Source of the DNA: Eledone cirrhosa
Lineage: Eukaryota
Direction: 5' to 3'
NCBI GenBank assembly: GCA_964016885.1
Contig: OZ024759.1
Coordinates: forward strand, 12,338,001-12,402,000
Length of the DNA stretch: 64,000 bases
A program made the position numbers and the translations under genes. Positions 1 to 12,910 of this stretch are shown here, piece by piece; position 1 is the stretch's first letter; each line of letters starts with the position of its first letter. The notes beneath the pieces were generated by a model that made no database searches, was not told the DNA's origin, and saw only the letters and a program-made list of their open reading frames with translations.

Positions 1-92
1 TAAACGCATAACAACAGCCATAGGTAATGATTTCAATAAGTACAAGACAGATGGTGATAGACTGTTGAACTCAAAACTTTACAATTTGAAAT
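1..92 (+). CDS. Probable internal exon (5'-truncated by window) of uncharacterised plus-strand gene
   Basis: Open frame KRITTAIGNDFNKYKTDGDRLLNSKLYNLK then a phase-1 GTAAGA donor, compatible with the exon at 3034. Confidence 0.5.
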
Positions 93-258
93 GTAAGAAG
101 AATTTCGTTTAAATTTAAATTTACAAGAATCATCATCATCATTGTTGTCATCATCATCATCATCATCATCATCAGCATCCTTAGTTACATAACATAACCT
201 GCTGTTTTATGGATGGAATAAGTTACCAAATTTTCATTGCCAAAGATACTATTTATAA

Positions 259-469
259 TCTATATATATAAAAATGTCTGTACGGAGGCGATAGATTTCC
301 ACAGTTTCCATCTGATTTTGTTCAGATTTGATACATAGGTTATTTAGCTCCCGGAGCATGTTAACATATAGTTTAAATCTTTTTCTCCCCAAAATAGCAG
401 AGTTCTGGGGTTATTTAAAAACAACCATGTTGTGGACTGAGGGTTAGCTACGACAGGCTCTTTTGCTAG
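259..469 (+). mobile_element. Non-autonomous Helitron
   Basis: A|TCTATATATA start and CTAG|T end; homologous to 24883-25562. Confidence 0.65.
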
Positions 470-785
470 TTAGTAATACAGGTAAAATTCTGATATAACG
501 AATACCATTATAACAAATTTTTCAGTATAACGAAATATTTTTCAATCCCCAGCAACACACTTGATGTGTTAGCTCGATTTCATTACAACAATTTTTTTTT
601 ATACCCCATGAATTTCACTGAATAACTAACTTTCTCATTATTAATCTTCTGGGTGCTGTTGGCGACATAAGTCACCGATAGAGTAATCTCTCCTTAATAC
701 ATGATACAGTGTCAAGGGAAGCAATTCATAAAATAATGCAGCATTCTAAAGGTTAAGTTAGTGTTTGAAACATAACTTACCTTAA

Positions 786-979
786 CCCTTTAGCATTGAC
801 ATTACTCTATATATACTATTGTAGTTTTGTGGTAAAGGCTTTACCTCACATAATATCTCACATAATGTTGAATCTATGAGGTTTTGAGAACAATACCTTA
901 ACATCAGTATGAGTGGCTGGTTACATCCAGTTTGAACAGAAAGAGGTGAGAGAATGCAACCGGTTTAAATGCTAAAGGG
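786..979. mobile_element. TTAA-specific (piggyBac-type) MITE
   Basis: TTAA|CCCTTTAGCATT...AATGCTAAAGGG|TTAA; about 10 related copies in the window. Confidence 0.8.
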
Positions 980-1024
980 TTAAAGATTCTTACATAAAAT
1001 TATGATTGAGGGTTTGCAGATAAA

Positions 1025-1326
1025 TATAAAAATAATAATGAAATTATTGTGTAAAGTGCTCAGGTGCACTACAGCTCGTCAAAGGTGTATGTATAGTACA
1101 TAGAATAATACACAAATGTCAGGGAAGTACATGTGTGTATGTGTTAGCTGTTCTGTTGGCGGATCTCGGGAAGCATGGAGGCCTTAAAGGATGCAGTGTC
1201 TCGACAGCTAACAACTGATGCAGGTAGTTTGTTCCATGCTTCAGCAACTCTGAGCGTGAAAAAATGTTTCCGAAAGTCATGGGAACTGTGCTGTTTTCTT
1301 ACTTTGTGGGCATGTCCACGTGTGTT
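1025..1326 (-). mobile_element. CR1-like LINE 3' end fragment
   Basis: [24 protein letters not shown]...SFK C-terminal motif plus 3' UTR. Confidence 0.8.
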
Positions 1327-1869
1327 ATATAAATATAAATGCCCCCGTTCGTAACCATGGCTCACCTCTCATGGGAAGTAATTAATTTAAAAGACCCAGC
1401 AAACAGTATACACCTTTTCTAACAGGTTGGGCCCTGATGCAAAGTAGTTGATTTAAATATACAGTATAGCCCTTCCCCAGCAGGTTTACCTCAAGTGAGA
1501 AGCAACTGGCTTAAAGAAAATGCAAGCATGAACATTCTCAAATGCTAACTGAAATATGTTCACAACATTTAGTACTCTGTCACCATAAATGGAAATAAAG
1601 ATTAGAGAACTCAACTTGGTCCTTCTTAGACCTTCATTATTGGTATGGCAGTATCGGTAGAGTTACCTCCCTTTATGATCTGAGTTCAAATCCCGCTGAG
1701 GTTAACTTTGTCTTTCATCCTTACAGAGTCGATAAAATAAAGTACCAGTAATACACTGCGATAATTGCTGGCCTTGTGCCAAAAGTAGAAACAATTATTG
1801 GTAAACCTGTCCCTGGTGTTGGTAATTAACTAGACAAGCAGTGACTCTGGCTGCTATCTTAACCCTTTA

Positions 1870-2660
1870 CCATTTACATTACTCTATATATACTATTGTA
1901 TTTTCACAGTAAAGGCTTTACCTCACATAATATCTCACATAATATTTACGTTACTCTATATATATACTATTGTATTTTCACAGTAAAGGCTTTACCTCAC
2001 ATAATATCTCACATAACATTTACATTACTCTATATATACTATTGTATTTTCACAGTAAAGGCTTTACCTCACATAACATTTACATTACTCTATATATACT
2101 ATTGTATTTTCACAGTAAAGGCTTTACCTCACATAATATCTCACATAACATTTACATTACTCTATATTTACTATTGTATTTTCACAGTAAAGGCTTTACC
2201 TCACATATCTCACATAACATTTACATTACTCTATATATACTATTGTATTTTCACAGTAAAGGCTTTACCTCATATAATAGCTCACATAACATTTACATTA
2301 CTCTATATATACTATTGTATTTTCACAGTAAAGGCTTTACCTCACATAATATCTCACATAACATTTACATTACTCTATATATACTATTGTATTGTCACAG
2401 AAAAGGCTTTACCTCACATAACATTTACATTACTCTATATTTACTATTGTATTTTCACAGTAAAGGCTTTACCTCACATAATATCTCACATAACATTTAC
2501 ATTACTCTATATATACTATTGTATTTTCACAGTAAAGGCTTTACCTCACATAATATCTCACATAACATTTACATTACTCTATATATACTATTGTATTTTC
2601 ACAGTAAAGGCTTTACCTCACATAATATCTCACATACCATTTACATTACTCTATATATAC
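1870..2660. repeat. Tandem repeat, 74-bp unit (with 62-bp variants), ~11 copies, amplified inside a TTAA MITE
   Basis: Unit matches the MITE at 786-979. Confidence 0.9.
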
Positions 2661-2668
2661 TTTATAGA

Positions 2669-2855
2669 AGGCGGTGGATTAGCAGTATCGGTAGAGGGTC
2701 GGACGCCATGCTTTCCAGTATAGTTACGTCCCTTTACGATCTGAGTTCAAATCCCGCCGAGGTTGACTTTGCCTTTCATCCTTACGGGGTCGATAAAATA
2801 AAGTACCAGTAATGCACTGGGTAATTGCTGGCCTTGTGCCTAAAGTTGAAACAAT
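2669..2855 (+). mobile_element. tRNA-derived SINE family A (Nin/Deu-like central domain)
   Basis: GAGTTCAAATCC B box and GCCTTTCATCC..GGTCGATAAAAT.AGTACCAG; further copies near 1645, 5780, 13770, 17400, 22950, 25207, 39993, 51139. Confidence 0.8.
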
Positions 2856-3033
2856 TACTCTATATATACTATTGTATTTTCATGGTAAAGGCTTTACCTC
2901 ACATAATATTAAATCTATGATATTTTGATATTATCTATTTTGAGAAAAATACCTTAACATCAGTACAAGTGACCAGTTACAGCCAGTTTGAACAGAGAGA
3001 GGTTAAACTTCAAGTTGTTTTATGTTGTTTTAG

Positions 3034-3178
3034 CAAATAATGCAAGAGATCCACTCTTCAATGTTTATTTACAACTGGCCAGACTTCAACTTGATAAACT
3101 CCATTTAAAAGAAGAATTACTTTTAGAAGCTAAAAGACAAGAAGAGCTGGAAAGAACTAGACCACCTCAAAAATATTG
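3034..3178 (+). CDS. Internal exon of uncharacterised protein (NNARDPLFNVYLQLARLQLDKLHLKEELLLEAKRQEELERTRPPQKYW)
   Basis: ttgttttAG acceptor, GTAAGG donor, non-repetitive helical/coiled-coil-like peptide. Confidence 0.75.
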
Positions 3179-3482
3179 GTAAGGATCCCTCACTTCTCTT
3201 CAAGACTACCACTTGCAGTAGTCTAAGGATATATGTGTACCTTAGGTTGTTAATTACCTTAACTACATCTCATACAAACCAAAGGCTTGTGGCTTAGTGG
3301 TGAGATTGGCATGTCTAGGGTATTTTAAAACCTGGTAGAGCCCAACCCTCTCCAGGTTTGAACACAGCCGATTTTTTCTATAGAGGAAGAATCGACCCCA
3401 GATTTAGACTGGTACTTTTTGAGGTCGATAAAAAGTACAAGTCTATATATATATATGGCGCACATATATATATATATGTGTG

Positions 3483-3592
3483 TGTTTCCGAAGAAGACGG
3501 TATATATTATGTCTGATAATATACTGTTCTCTAACTGCTATAGATTAGTCAATATATCAATATGATCAACCCTCCGAAACAATCGTAAAACA
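3483..3592 (+). ncRNA. Variant hammerhead-like motif with extended helix II
   Basis: tgttt-CCGAAGA-(~80 nt with hairpins)-GAAAC-aatc-GTA-aaaca; one core mismatch (U4C). Confidence 0.4.
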
Positions 3593-4015
3593 ATGAAAGA
3601 AATATGTAAAATAACTTGTTTTTGTTATTATCATCATTGTTAAATTAATATAATAATGATAATAATAATAATTGTTTCTACTTTAGGCACAAGACCAGCA
3701 ATTATCCAGTACATTACTGGTACTTTATTTTATCTACCCTGTAAGGATGAAAGGCAAAGAAAATTATTGTGTACAGTGCTCATGTGCACAGCAACTCATC
3801 AAGGGTGTATCTATAGTACATAGAATAATATACAAATGAAAGGAAAGTAAACAATACGAGACATGATATACACACAGATACATGTGTATGGATATATATG
3901 TAATATATCAGACTCTGAATCTGAGAGATTGGCTCAGTGAAACACGGAACCATTCTCTAGATCTCACTGAAATACTTACCAACGGATTGCATTAAGTTCT
4001 AACTACGGCATAGAC

Positions 4016-5558
4016 TAGGGGCTTGCAACAGGTGCCCCACGGGCCACAATCTGGCCCAGTCAGAGTGGCCCCTGATGACTTTTTAATTTTTACCTTGTAG
4101 GCTTATTTAGAATTTTTTTTGTAACTGTAATATAATTTTCTGTTAGTTGACCTATACTAAAGGGCTTCACTGATAGGGTTGTGTGTTATAATTTCCCAGT
4201 TGACCTATACTAAAGGGCTTCACTGATAGGGTTATGTGTTATAATTTCCCAGTTGACTTATACTAAAGCGCTTCACTGATAGGGTTATGTGTTATAATTT
4301 CCCAGTTGACCTATACTAAAGGGCTTCACTGATAGGGTTGTGTGTTATAGTTTCCCAGTTGACCTATATTAAAGGGCTTCACTGATAGGGTTGTGTGTTA
4401 TAATTTCCCAGTTGACCTATACTAAAGGGCTTCACTGATAGGGTTGTGTGTTATAGTTTCCCAGTTGACCTATACTAAAGGGCTTCACTGATAGGGTTGT
4501 GTGTTATAATTTCCCAGTTGACCTATACTAAAGGGCTTCACTGATAGGGTTGTGTGTTATAATTTCCCAGTTGACCTATACTAAAGGGCTTCCCTGATAG
4601 GGTTGCGTGTTATAATTTCCCAGTTGACCTATACTAAAGGGCTTCACTGATAGGGTTGTGTGTTATAATTTCCCAGTTGACCTATACTAAAGGGCTTCAC
4701 TGATAGGGTTGTGTGTTATAATTTCCCAGTTGACCTATACTAAAGGGCTTCACTGATAGGGTTATATGTGTTATAATTTACCAGTTGACCTATAGTAAAG
4801 GGCTTCACTGATAGAGTTGTGTGTTATAATTTCCCAGTTGACCTATACTAAAGGGCTTCACTGATAGGGTTATGTGTTATAATTTCCCAGTTGACCTATA
4901 CTAAAGGGCTTCACTGATAGGGTTATATGTGTTATAATTTCCCAGTTGACCTATACTAAAGGGCTTCACTGATAGGGTTATGTGTTATAATTTCCCAGTT
5001 GACCTATACTAATGGGCTTCACTGATAGGGTTGTATGTGTTATAATTTCCCAGTTGACCTATACTAAAGGGCTTCACTGATAGGGTTATATGTGTTATAA
5101 TTTCCCAGTTGACCTATACTAAAGGGCTTCACTGATAGGGTTGTGTGTTATAATTTCCCAGTTGACCTATACTAAAGGGCTTCACTGATAGGCTTATGTA
5201 TGTTATCATTTCCCCGTTGACCTATACTAAAGGGCTTCACTGATAGGGTTATATGTGTTATAATTTCCCAGTTGACCTATACTAAAGGGCTTCACTGATA
5301 GGGTTGTGTGTGTGATAATTTCCCAGTTGACCTATACTAAAGGGCTTCACTGATAGGGTTGTGTGTGTGATAACTTCCCAGTTGACCTATACTAAAGGGC
5401 TTCACTGATAGGGTTATGTGTGTTATAATTTCCCAGTTCCATGTTATGGAAAGAAGTTGAGGTTTTCATTAGAATGCATATTTTTGACAGTGACTGGCCC
5501 TAACAGTTGTTCCAATGTTCAAAAGTGGCCCACCAAAGGAGTATGTTGTACACCCCTG
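4016..5558. mobile_element. hAT (Charlie-like) MITE containing a minisatellite
   Basis: Imperfect TIRs TAGGGGCTTGCAAC / GTTGTACACCCCTG; 8-bp flanks gcatagac / ctatagac. Confidence 0.6.
4145..5437. repeat. Tandem repeat, 53-bp unit, ~24 copies
   Basis: AGTTGACCTATACTAAAGGGCTTCACTGATAGGGTTGTGTGTTATAATTTCCC. Confidence 0.95.
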
Positions 5559-5586
5559 CTATAGACCTTACCACGAAAGGTAGACT

Positions 5587-5618
<32 letters not shown>

Positions 5619-6684
5619 GTTACCAAGGCCATATAGTACAAACATTTTCTATAGCTCGGTTGCTCACAATTATTCACTCAATAAGAAATAGTTTGAACAT
5701 ATACTTGAGCCATCCATTCTGAGAGTGCTAACAGAATATTTGTAATGGAGCGGTTGCACGTAGTGTTACCCCGGACACAATTGTTTCTACGTTAGGCACA
5801 AGGCCAGCAATTACCCAGTGTATTACTGGTACTTTATTTTATCGACCCCGTAAGGATGAAAGGCAAAGTTAACCTCGGCGGGATTTGAACTCAGAGTGGC
5901 ACGGGCCGTAACTCTATGCGTCAAAGCATGGCGTCCGACCCTCTACCAATACTGCCAATCCACCGCCTGGACACAATGGGTTTCTGCAAGTGCAGACTGC
6001 ACCAACAGATGCAACTCGCAATCTGCTAGTTAAAGTGGCAGTATAAGTGCAAATATGCCTGCCAAATTACTGCAAAGCTTCGTCAGTTGATGTTATTAAA
6101 ATGCGAGAGACTTAAGGCATCCATGTCCAGCTTATGTGTGTAGGTCAGTTACTACTACCATAGCTAAAGTAGTTGGGAGTAAGTTGTGATGTAACGGCTG
6201 CAAGAAAGACCCTTTGTTCGCCTAGGGTCTGTGCTGGCGGGAAAATTGAAATGAGGTGTATTTCGGAATAAGTTGCTGTTATAGATCTCAAACATTTGAA
6301 AAATAGAATTGCCAAGGAATACTGAGACAATAGAATAATATATATAATGAAGGAGGTGTGGTAAGGAACCAGATGGACCATAACGCACCAGAGTACTCAA
6401 TACTTAGGGTAGTAGAGTGGGTAATGGAAAAATGTTTGACCCCGACGGCAGAGCTCAAGCCGTTTTGTTTAATGCATTTAATTGCTGACAATCGTTTCTT
6501 CCAGCAACAAGTAATTACATTCCTAGTCTTTAGAACATTACTGCTCTGTAATACATCTGATATTTTACATTGAGCTAATTTTCTTACTGGTAATTGGGTA
6601 ATAGAAAATATTACTCCCTCTTATTTATAATTGTATGTAGATCATATATATATATGTATGTAATAGTAATATATGTGAATGGCA

Positions 6685-7358
6685 AAGCATAAACGAACTA
6701 AGGGAGAAATTAGAAATAAGAGGGATCAGATGTTGTTTACTCGAGAGAAGACTACGTTGGTATGGTCACGTGATGCGCATGAAAGACGACAGCTGTATAA
6801 AAAAGTGCAGGGTGATAAAAATAGACGGTAGCCACGGAGTAGGCAGACCCAGAAAAACCTGGGACGACTTGATAAATTCTGACCTCACACACTTACACCT
6901 CTCCAAGACAATGTCACTGGACCGAGATCTTTGGCGCTACACAGTAATACAGAAGAACCGCCTTGCCTAAGTACAAAGCGAAACCTACAGTCAGTAGGCA
7001 CCTCTAACAAAATAACACCCACCCACCCCCGTCCTACTATCCACACCACCCCCTTAAATGTGAAGTTATGTTGGTACCACAACATCCAGCCCGAAATAAA
7101 TGAGGTCATGTAGGTGTCACGACAAAAAAACACACAGTCTACGCTGTAATGTGGCCGTGTAGGCAACACGGTAAAAACCTCCCAGTCCACACTGTAAATG
7201 TGGTTGGTGTTAGGAAGGGCATCCAGCCGTTGAAAACCCACCAGACAGTCCTATACGAGCAAGACAACCAATCTTGCCTCAAGTGGGAAACCTCCCGTCC
7301 AAACCCATGCAAGCGTGGAAGATGGACGTTAAACGATGATGATGATGATGATGATGAT
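6685..7358 (+). mobile_element. RTE LINE 3' fragment with (TGA)n tail
   Basis: [11 protein letters not shown]...[13 protein letters not shown] motif. Confidence 0.8.
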
Positions 7359-7408
7359 GTGTATATATATATATATACTGTATACATATATATGTGTATA
7401 TATATATA

Positions 7409-7460
<52 letters not shown>

Positions 7461-7474
7461 CTGTATATATATAT

Positions 7475-7630
7475 ATATACTGTATATGCTGGCGTACAAG
7501 TCGATCCTAAAATTCTGAGGTGTAATTCAGGTTTAGGCCTATATTTGCCAGATAAGACGACCCCAGAAAAATAAGGCAGTTGCAGGGGAAAATAATTTAA
7601 AAATTTAGTGACGCGTTAAAGCCTAAGACA
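7475..7630. mobile_element. Tigger/pogo-like DNA transposon end fragment (second copy ~52888-53072)
   Basis: TACTGTATATGCTGGCGTACAAGTCGA terminus and shared internal sequence. Confidence 0.45.
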
Positions 7631-7740
7631 CAATATTATAACAATATGACCCTCCCCAAATATAACAATATTTGTTTCAATACATGATTTCATATAAAAA
7701 AAACCTTGCAAAACAAATATATATGTATATATATACACAT

Positions 7741-8052
7741 CATCATTTCATCATTTTACGTCCGCTTTTCCCTGCTTGCAAGGGTGGGATGGGAACTGAT
7801 TCTGGCTTGATTTCTACAGCTGGATGCCCTTCCTAACACCAACCTCATTTACAGTGAGTGCTGGGTGCTTTTTTGCCGTGGCACCTCCACAACCACTTTG
7901 CAGTGGAATGATAGGGACCCCAGTCCCTATCATCTCATTTCTACAGCTGAGTAAACTGGAGCAATGTGAAATAAAGTGTCTTGCTCAAGGAAACAACACA
8001 TCACCCGGTCTGAGAATTGAACTCACAACCTTTCAAGGCCAATGCTCTAACC
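7741..8052 (-). mobile_element. tRNA-derived SINE family B (RTE-like tail, (TGA)n end)
   Basis: Near-identical copies at ~14560-14855, 42190-42525, 45080-45420, 46010-46345, 46968-47305, 53721-54064, 56103-56488. Confidence 0.85.
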
Positions 8053-8120
8053 ATATATATATATATGTGTATATATATATACATATTGGAAAATGTGTGA
8101 GATCCTTGGTACAGTCAGGT

Positions 8121-8310
8121 ATATTTGAAAAAAAGGAAAAGAATAACTTCACTTGTAGTGTTAAATAATTTGATTTAATTTTATAATATTGTAATGTTAT
8201 TATATTAGGAGTTGGTAGGTCTACCAACTCATAATATTATAATATTATAAAATTAAATCAAATTATTTAACACTACAAGTGAAGTTATTCTTTTCCTTTT
8301 TTTCAAATAT
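8121..8310. repeat. Near-perfect inverted repeat (fold-back A)
   Basis: Arms of ~95 bp centred at ~8220. Confidence 0.85.
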
Positions 8311-8415
8311 ATATATATATATATATGCAAAAGTTTTATTTAAGATTGTTGGGTTACAACGAGTAAATATTTTATAACTGATATAAAAGCACTCAACAGT
8401 TTCTGGAGTAGGTTT

Positions 8416-8726
8416 ACGATATTAAACAAATGGAAACTATATTTATAAAACCATATTTATTTCGTTATATATATTTCTGGGATATCATATTAAAAATATG
8501 GTATGCCTTCCTCAGACAAAATACAATACATAATCAACTACCAAATCAACTTTTTAAAAGGAAGTTGCATTATTACAAGGTATGTCACTAATTATTAATA
8601 AAACAGCTTATGTATTGTATTTTGTCTGAGGAAGGCATACCATATTTTTAATATGATATCCCAGAAATATATATAACGAAATAAATATGGTTTTATAAAT
8701 ATAGTTTCCATTTGTTTAATATCGTA
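8416..8726. repeat. Inverted repeat (fold-back B) carrying hammerhead motifs
   Basis: Arms ~8416-8532 and ~8609-8726. Confidence 0.85.
8618..8683 (+). ncRNA. Type-I hammerhead ribozyme motif (same family as 59466; inverted copy at ~8459-8524)
   Basis: tattttgt-CTGAGGA-aggcataccatatt..aatatgatatccca-GAAA-tatatata-acgaaata; downstream sequence shared with the 59.5 kb copy. Confidence 0.65.
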
Positions 8727-8743
8727 TATATATATATATATAT

Positions 8744-8969
8744 ATAAACGTTAGAATATGTGTAATAAGGCCAAGACAATGCAGATATGGACATAGAAAA
8801 AAGAATGCAATAGTGAGAGATATTGATGAGAATTCGTCTTTCACCTTGACATTTAAATAAATTCAAGGTGAAAGACGAATTCTCATCAATATCTCTCACT
8901 ATTGCATTCTTTTTTCTATGTCCATATCTGCATTGTCTTGGCCTTATTACACATATTCTAACGTTTATA
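8744..8969. repeat. Inverted repeat (fold-back C)
   Basis: ~105-bp arms around a ~13-nt loop. Confidence 0.85.
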
Positions 8970-9197
8970 CCTCATTACACAATGCTTCAAGTGAACTATA
9001 ACCTCCTCCTATATATATATATATATACAATATAAAAGAAAAGCGAACACATATTAATTTTCTTAATTTTTTCTTAAATTGAGGCAAGTGAACCCAATTG
9101 TCTACAGTTAGTATTCTTTTCACCTTAGCAAATCGGGTCCCTTACGATTTGAACACATATATCTATATATCTGTGTTCGTTTTTCTTTTATATTCTA

Positions 9198-10133
9198 CTA
9201 GCAGTAAAGCCCGGCGTTGCTCGGGGTCGCTCAGTAGCTGTGTTAAAGTTACAATGTTAAGTTTCTTTTTTGGCTTAAAAACTGTAGTGTCTACTGTGCA
9301 GACTTGCATGTGGTGTTTTTGATTAATATTCCCTCAACCAACAATATGCCTTATGAAGTTAAGAAAACATAACGATAACCCGAATGTTATAACAAAAGAG
9401 GATGCTGGGGATAAAAACTGCACTAGTTATTTATTAACAAAGATCGAAAATGTAAACACTGCAACGCAGAAAAAAACATTAGCGTAACCAAATTATCAGT
9501 TATGTCTGTCTGCACGCCTATATCACCTCTCTGCATGACTGTCTGTCTGCACGCCTATATCACCTCTCTGCACGACTGTCTGTCTGCACGCCTATATCAA
9601 CTCTCTGCACGACTGTCTGTCTGCACGCCTATATCACCTCTCTGCACGACTGTCTGTCTGCACGCCTATATCACCTCTCTGCACGACTGTCTGTCTGCAC
9701 GCCTAACGACGAAATATTTGCTTGTTTTACGTAGTCTTTAAATAGACTTGTTTTCAAGTAAAAATATTGTTTTAAAAGGCTTTTAAATGGAAATGAAGCA
9801 AAACGGAAGCTTAGTGTTCGAACTGATGAATTTTGCAGGTCAATATTTTGCTGGCTCTACAACTGTTAAAGCCAGCGTAATTTTTTACGTAAGACGCTCA
9901 ATGTAAACAGAACAAAGGGAAATAACTGATAACTTACGCTCAAAAATCGATACATTATATTCGATTTCGTCACATAGGGTGGGTGAATTTGAAATATTTT
10001 TTTTTCCGATGTCTTCGCTAGGGCTCAATGTACAAGTATAGCAATTTCGGTGCAATTCCGTGAGAGATTCTAAGAGGAGATGTGTGCCAAAAATCGATAG
10101 ACAGACAGACAACCACAGTTTTATATATATAGA
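9198..10133 (-). mobile_element. Non-autonomous Helitron with internal 37-bp tandem repeat (9503-9705)
   Basis: Minus strand A|TCTATATATA...CCCGAGCAACGCCGGG hairpin...CTAG|T. Confidence 0.8.
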
Positions 10134-10267
10134 TTATAATATACGGCTCAGAAATATCTCTTTCTTAGAGCTATTTTGTTGTAAGAGACTATTTTGGGTT
10201 CCTAACTCAATATATACATTTAATATATATATATACAGTAGAAGTCGCACTGATAGACACATTTTTC

Positions 10268-11158
10268 AAATGCAAGAGGGCGCTATAGAAGTGGTGGATA
10301 GTTTCCGGTACCTAGGAGATCAGATTAGCATGGGAGGAGGGTGTTCCGAGGCCATAGTATCTAGAATAAGGACGGGTTGGAAGAAGTTTAGGGAGCTGTT
10401 TCCTCTGTTGACGAAGAAGGGTTTCTCCCTGCGTACGAAAGGCCGGTTGTATGATGCCTGTGTGAGGAGCGCGATGCTGCATGGTAGTGAGACATGGGCA
10501 GCAACTGCAGAGGATATGCGACGGCTGGAGAAAAATGAGGCAAGCATGCTCCGTTGGATGTGCAGTGTAAATGTGCGTGAACGACCCAGCATGGATGTGT
10601 TGAGAGAGAAACTGTCTGAGAGGGATAGAATGTAGTGTACGGGAGAGGTGACTGAGGTGGTATGGACATGTGATGTGTTGAGAGAGAAACTGTGTCTGAG
10701 AGGGATAGAATGTAGTGTACGAGAGAGGTGACTGAGGTGGTATGGACATGTGATGTGTTGAGAGAGAAACTGTGTCTGAGAGGGATAGAATGTAGTGTAC
10801 GAGAGAGGTGACTGAGGTGGTATGGACATGTGATGTGTTGAGAGAGAAACTGTGTCTGAGAGGGATAGAATGTAGTGTACGAGAGAGGTGACTGAGGTGG
10901 TATGGACATGTGATGCGCATGGAGGATGACCGATGGGTGAAGAAGTGCCAGGAAATGCCAGTTGAAGGAAGACGTGGTAGAGGTAGACCACGAAAAACAT
11001 GGGCGGAGGTGGTGAGAACAGACCTCAGATCGCTGAAGCTCACGGTGGAGATGACGAAGGACCGTGAGAAGTGGAGAGATGCTGTGCTGAATAGGACCCA
11101 TCCCACCCTTGCAAGCAGGGAAGAGCGGACGTGAAATGATGATGATGATGATGATGAT
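10268..11158 (+). mobile_element. RTE LINE 3' fragment with internal 80-bp x4 duplication
   Basis: [25 protein letters not shown]; (TGA)n tail. Confidence 0.85.
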
Positions 11159-11187
11159 ATACATTAATGTGTATATATACATAAAGG

Positions 11188-11402
11188 ATCGATCGACTTT
11201 CGTCAAATCGGACCGAGGAAACAATGTTTCCGTTGGTCTTTCCAGTTGCTAATACTATCTATTGGTCGCAACTCCAGGTAGAAGGAACAATGTGAAATAA
11301 AGTGTCTTGCTGAAGGACATAACGCATCACCCGGTCCAGAAATCGAACTCACAGCCTCAAGATTGTGAATCCAATTCCCTAACCACTCAGCCACACGCCT
11401 TC
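11188..11402 (-). mobile_element. tRNA-derived SINE family C (structured 3' tail)
   Basis: Copies at 13546-13640 (partial), 44153-44366 and 46739-46950. Confidence 0.7.
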
Positions 11403-11953
11403 ATATATATGTATATATACATATATACACATATCTATACATCTAATCTAATCTGGCTGAGTTTTCACTCACAAATAAGAAGAACCAAGGCCGCCCCTAG
11501 GAACATTGGATTTGGTGTACTTCATATTTGTTTCAGTTGCTGAATACAATCAGGGGGTCACTGCTTCTCCTGAAGGTCAATAGTTCTTTTCTAACTCGAG
11601 TGGGAGCGCCTTTCCATCGTTAATTTGCATTGATCATCTGCAAAGCCGCATTGTTCTCAGAACCACTACACCAGTCTTTCGATGTGTGCAGCTGGAACTA
11701 CTGCCACCCATTGATTTGGCTGGATTTTTTTTTTTTTTTTCTTTTTTTTTTTAGATGGCTGTTAGTTCTTAGTTCTTCCACCCTTTGTCATGTTTTGTTT
11801 TTTGTTCTGCAGGGTGTCCAAAATCACCCTCCTCACCAAGAAACATGGTGGGGTTGCCGGATTAGTCACCGACGACCCGCCATGCGACAGGTTGTACTGA
11901 GTTACACGCTACCAGTAGCACTCGAGTGTGACCTGACATAATGTATATATATG

Positions 11954-12003
<50 letters not shown>

Positions 12004-12009
12004 TGTATA

Positions 12010-12910
12010 TCATCATCATCATCATCATCGTTTAACGTCCATCTTCCACGCTAGCATGGGATTGGACGGGAGGTTTCCCACTTGAGGCAAGATTGGTTGT
12101 CTTGCTCGCATAGGACTGTCTGGCGAGTTTTCTACGGCTGGATGCCCTTCCTAACACCAACCACATTTACAGTGTGGACTGGGAGGTTTTTACCGTGTTA
12201 CCTACACGGCCACATTACAGCGTGGACTGTGTGTTTTTTTGTTGTGACACCTACACGACCTCATTTGTTTCGGACTGGATGTTGTGGCACCAACATAATT
12301 TTACATTGAAAGGGGTGGTGTGGATGGGGTGGGGGTAGTGGGATGGGGGTGTATATTTGGTTAGGAGGTGCCTACTGACTGTAGGTTTCGCTTTGTACTT
12401 AGGCAAGGCGGGTCTTCTGTATTACTGCGTAGCGCCAAAGATCTCGGTCCAGTGACATTGTCTTGGAGAGGTGTAAGTGTGTGAGGTCGGAATTTAGCAA
12501 GTCGTCCCAGGTTTTTCTGGGTCTACCTACTCCGTGGCTACCGTCTATTTTTATCGCCCTGCACTTTTTTATACAGCTGTCGTCTTTCATGCGCATCATG
12601 TGACCATACCAACGTAGCCTTCTCTTGAGTAAACAACATCTGATCCCTCTTATTCCTAATTTCTCCCTTATTACTATTACACATCCAATGGAGCATGCAA
12701 GCTTCGTTCCTCTCCAGTCTGCGCAGATCCTCTGCACACAATGCCCAAGTCTCACTGCCATGTAACATTGCTGTTCGTATGCAGGCATCATACAGCCTGC
12801 CTTTCATTTTTAGAGAGAACCCTTTAGCGGCCAATAGTGGTATAAGCTCTCTGAACTTTTTCCATCCCGTACTGACTCTAGCTACTGTACTTTCAGAGCA
12901 CCCTCCACCG
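12010..12910 (-). mobile_element. RTE LINE 3' fragment
   Basis: [34 protein letters not shown]; frameshifted. Confidence 0.85.

Noticed and set aside
1420-1620. Possible extra exon of the plus-strand gene
   Set aside because: Frames checked after the candidate acceptors hit stops before any suitable donor
1896-2812. 275/280-aa ORFs
   Set aside because: Translations of the 74-bp MITE-derived tandem repeat
8815-8860. Hammerhead core in fold-back C (TTGATGA...GACA)
   Set aside because: Both core strands are mismatched and there is no convincing stem I or III
10060-11134. Intact autonomous retrotransposon
   Set aside because: Only a 5'-truncated 3' end disrupted by stops and duplication; all LINE pieces in the window are fragments
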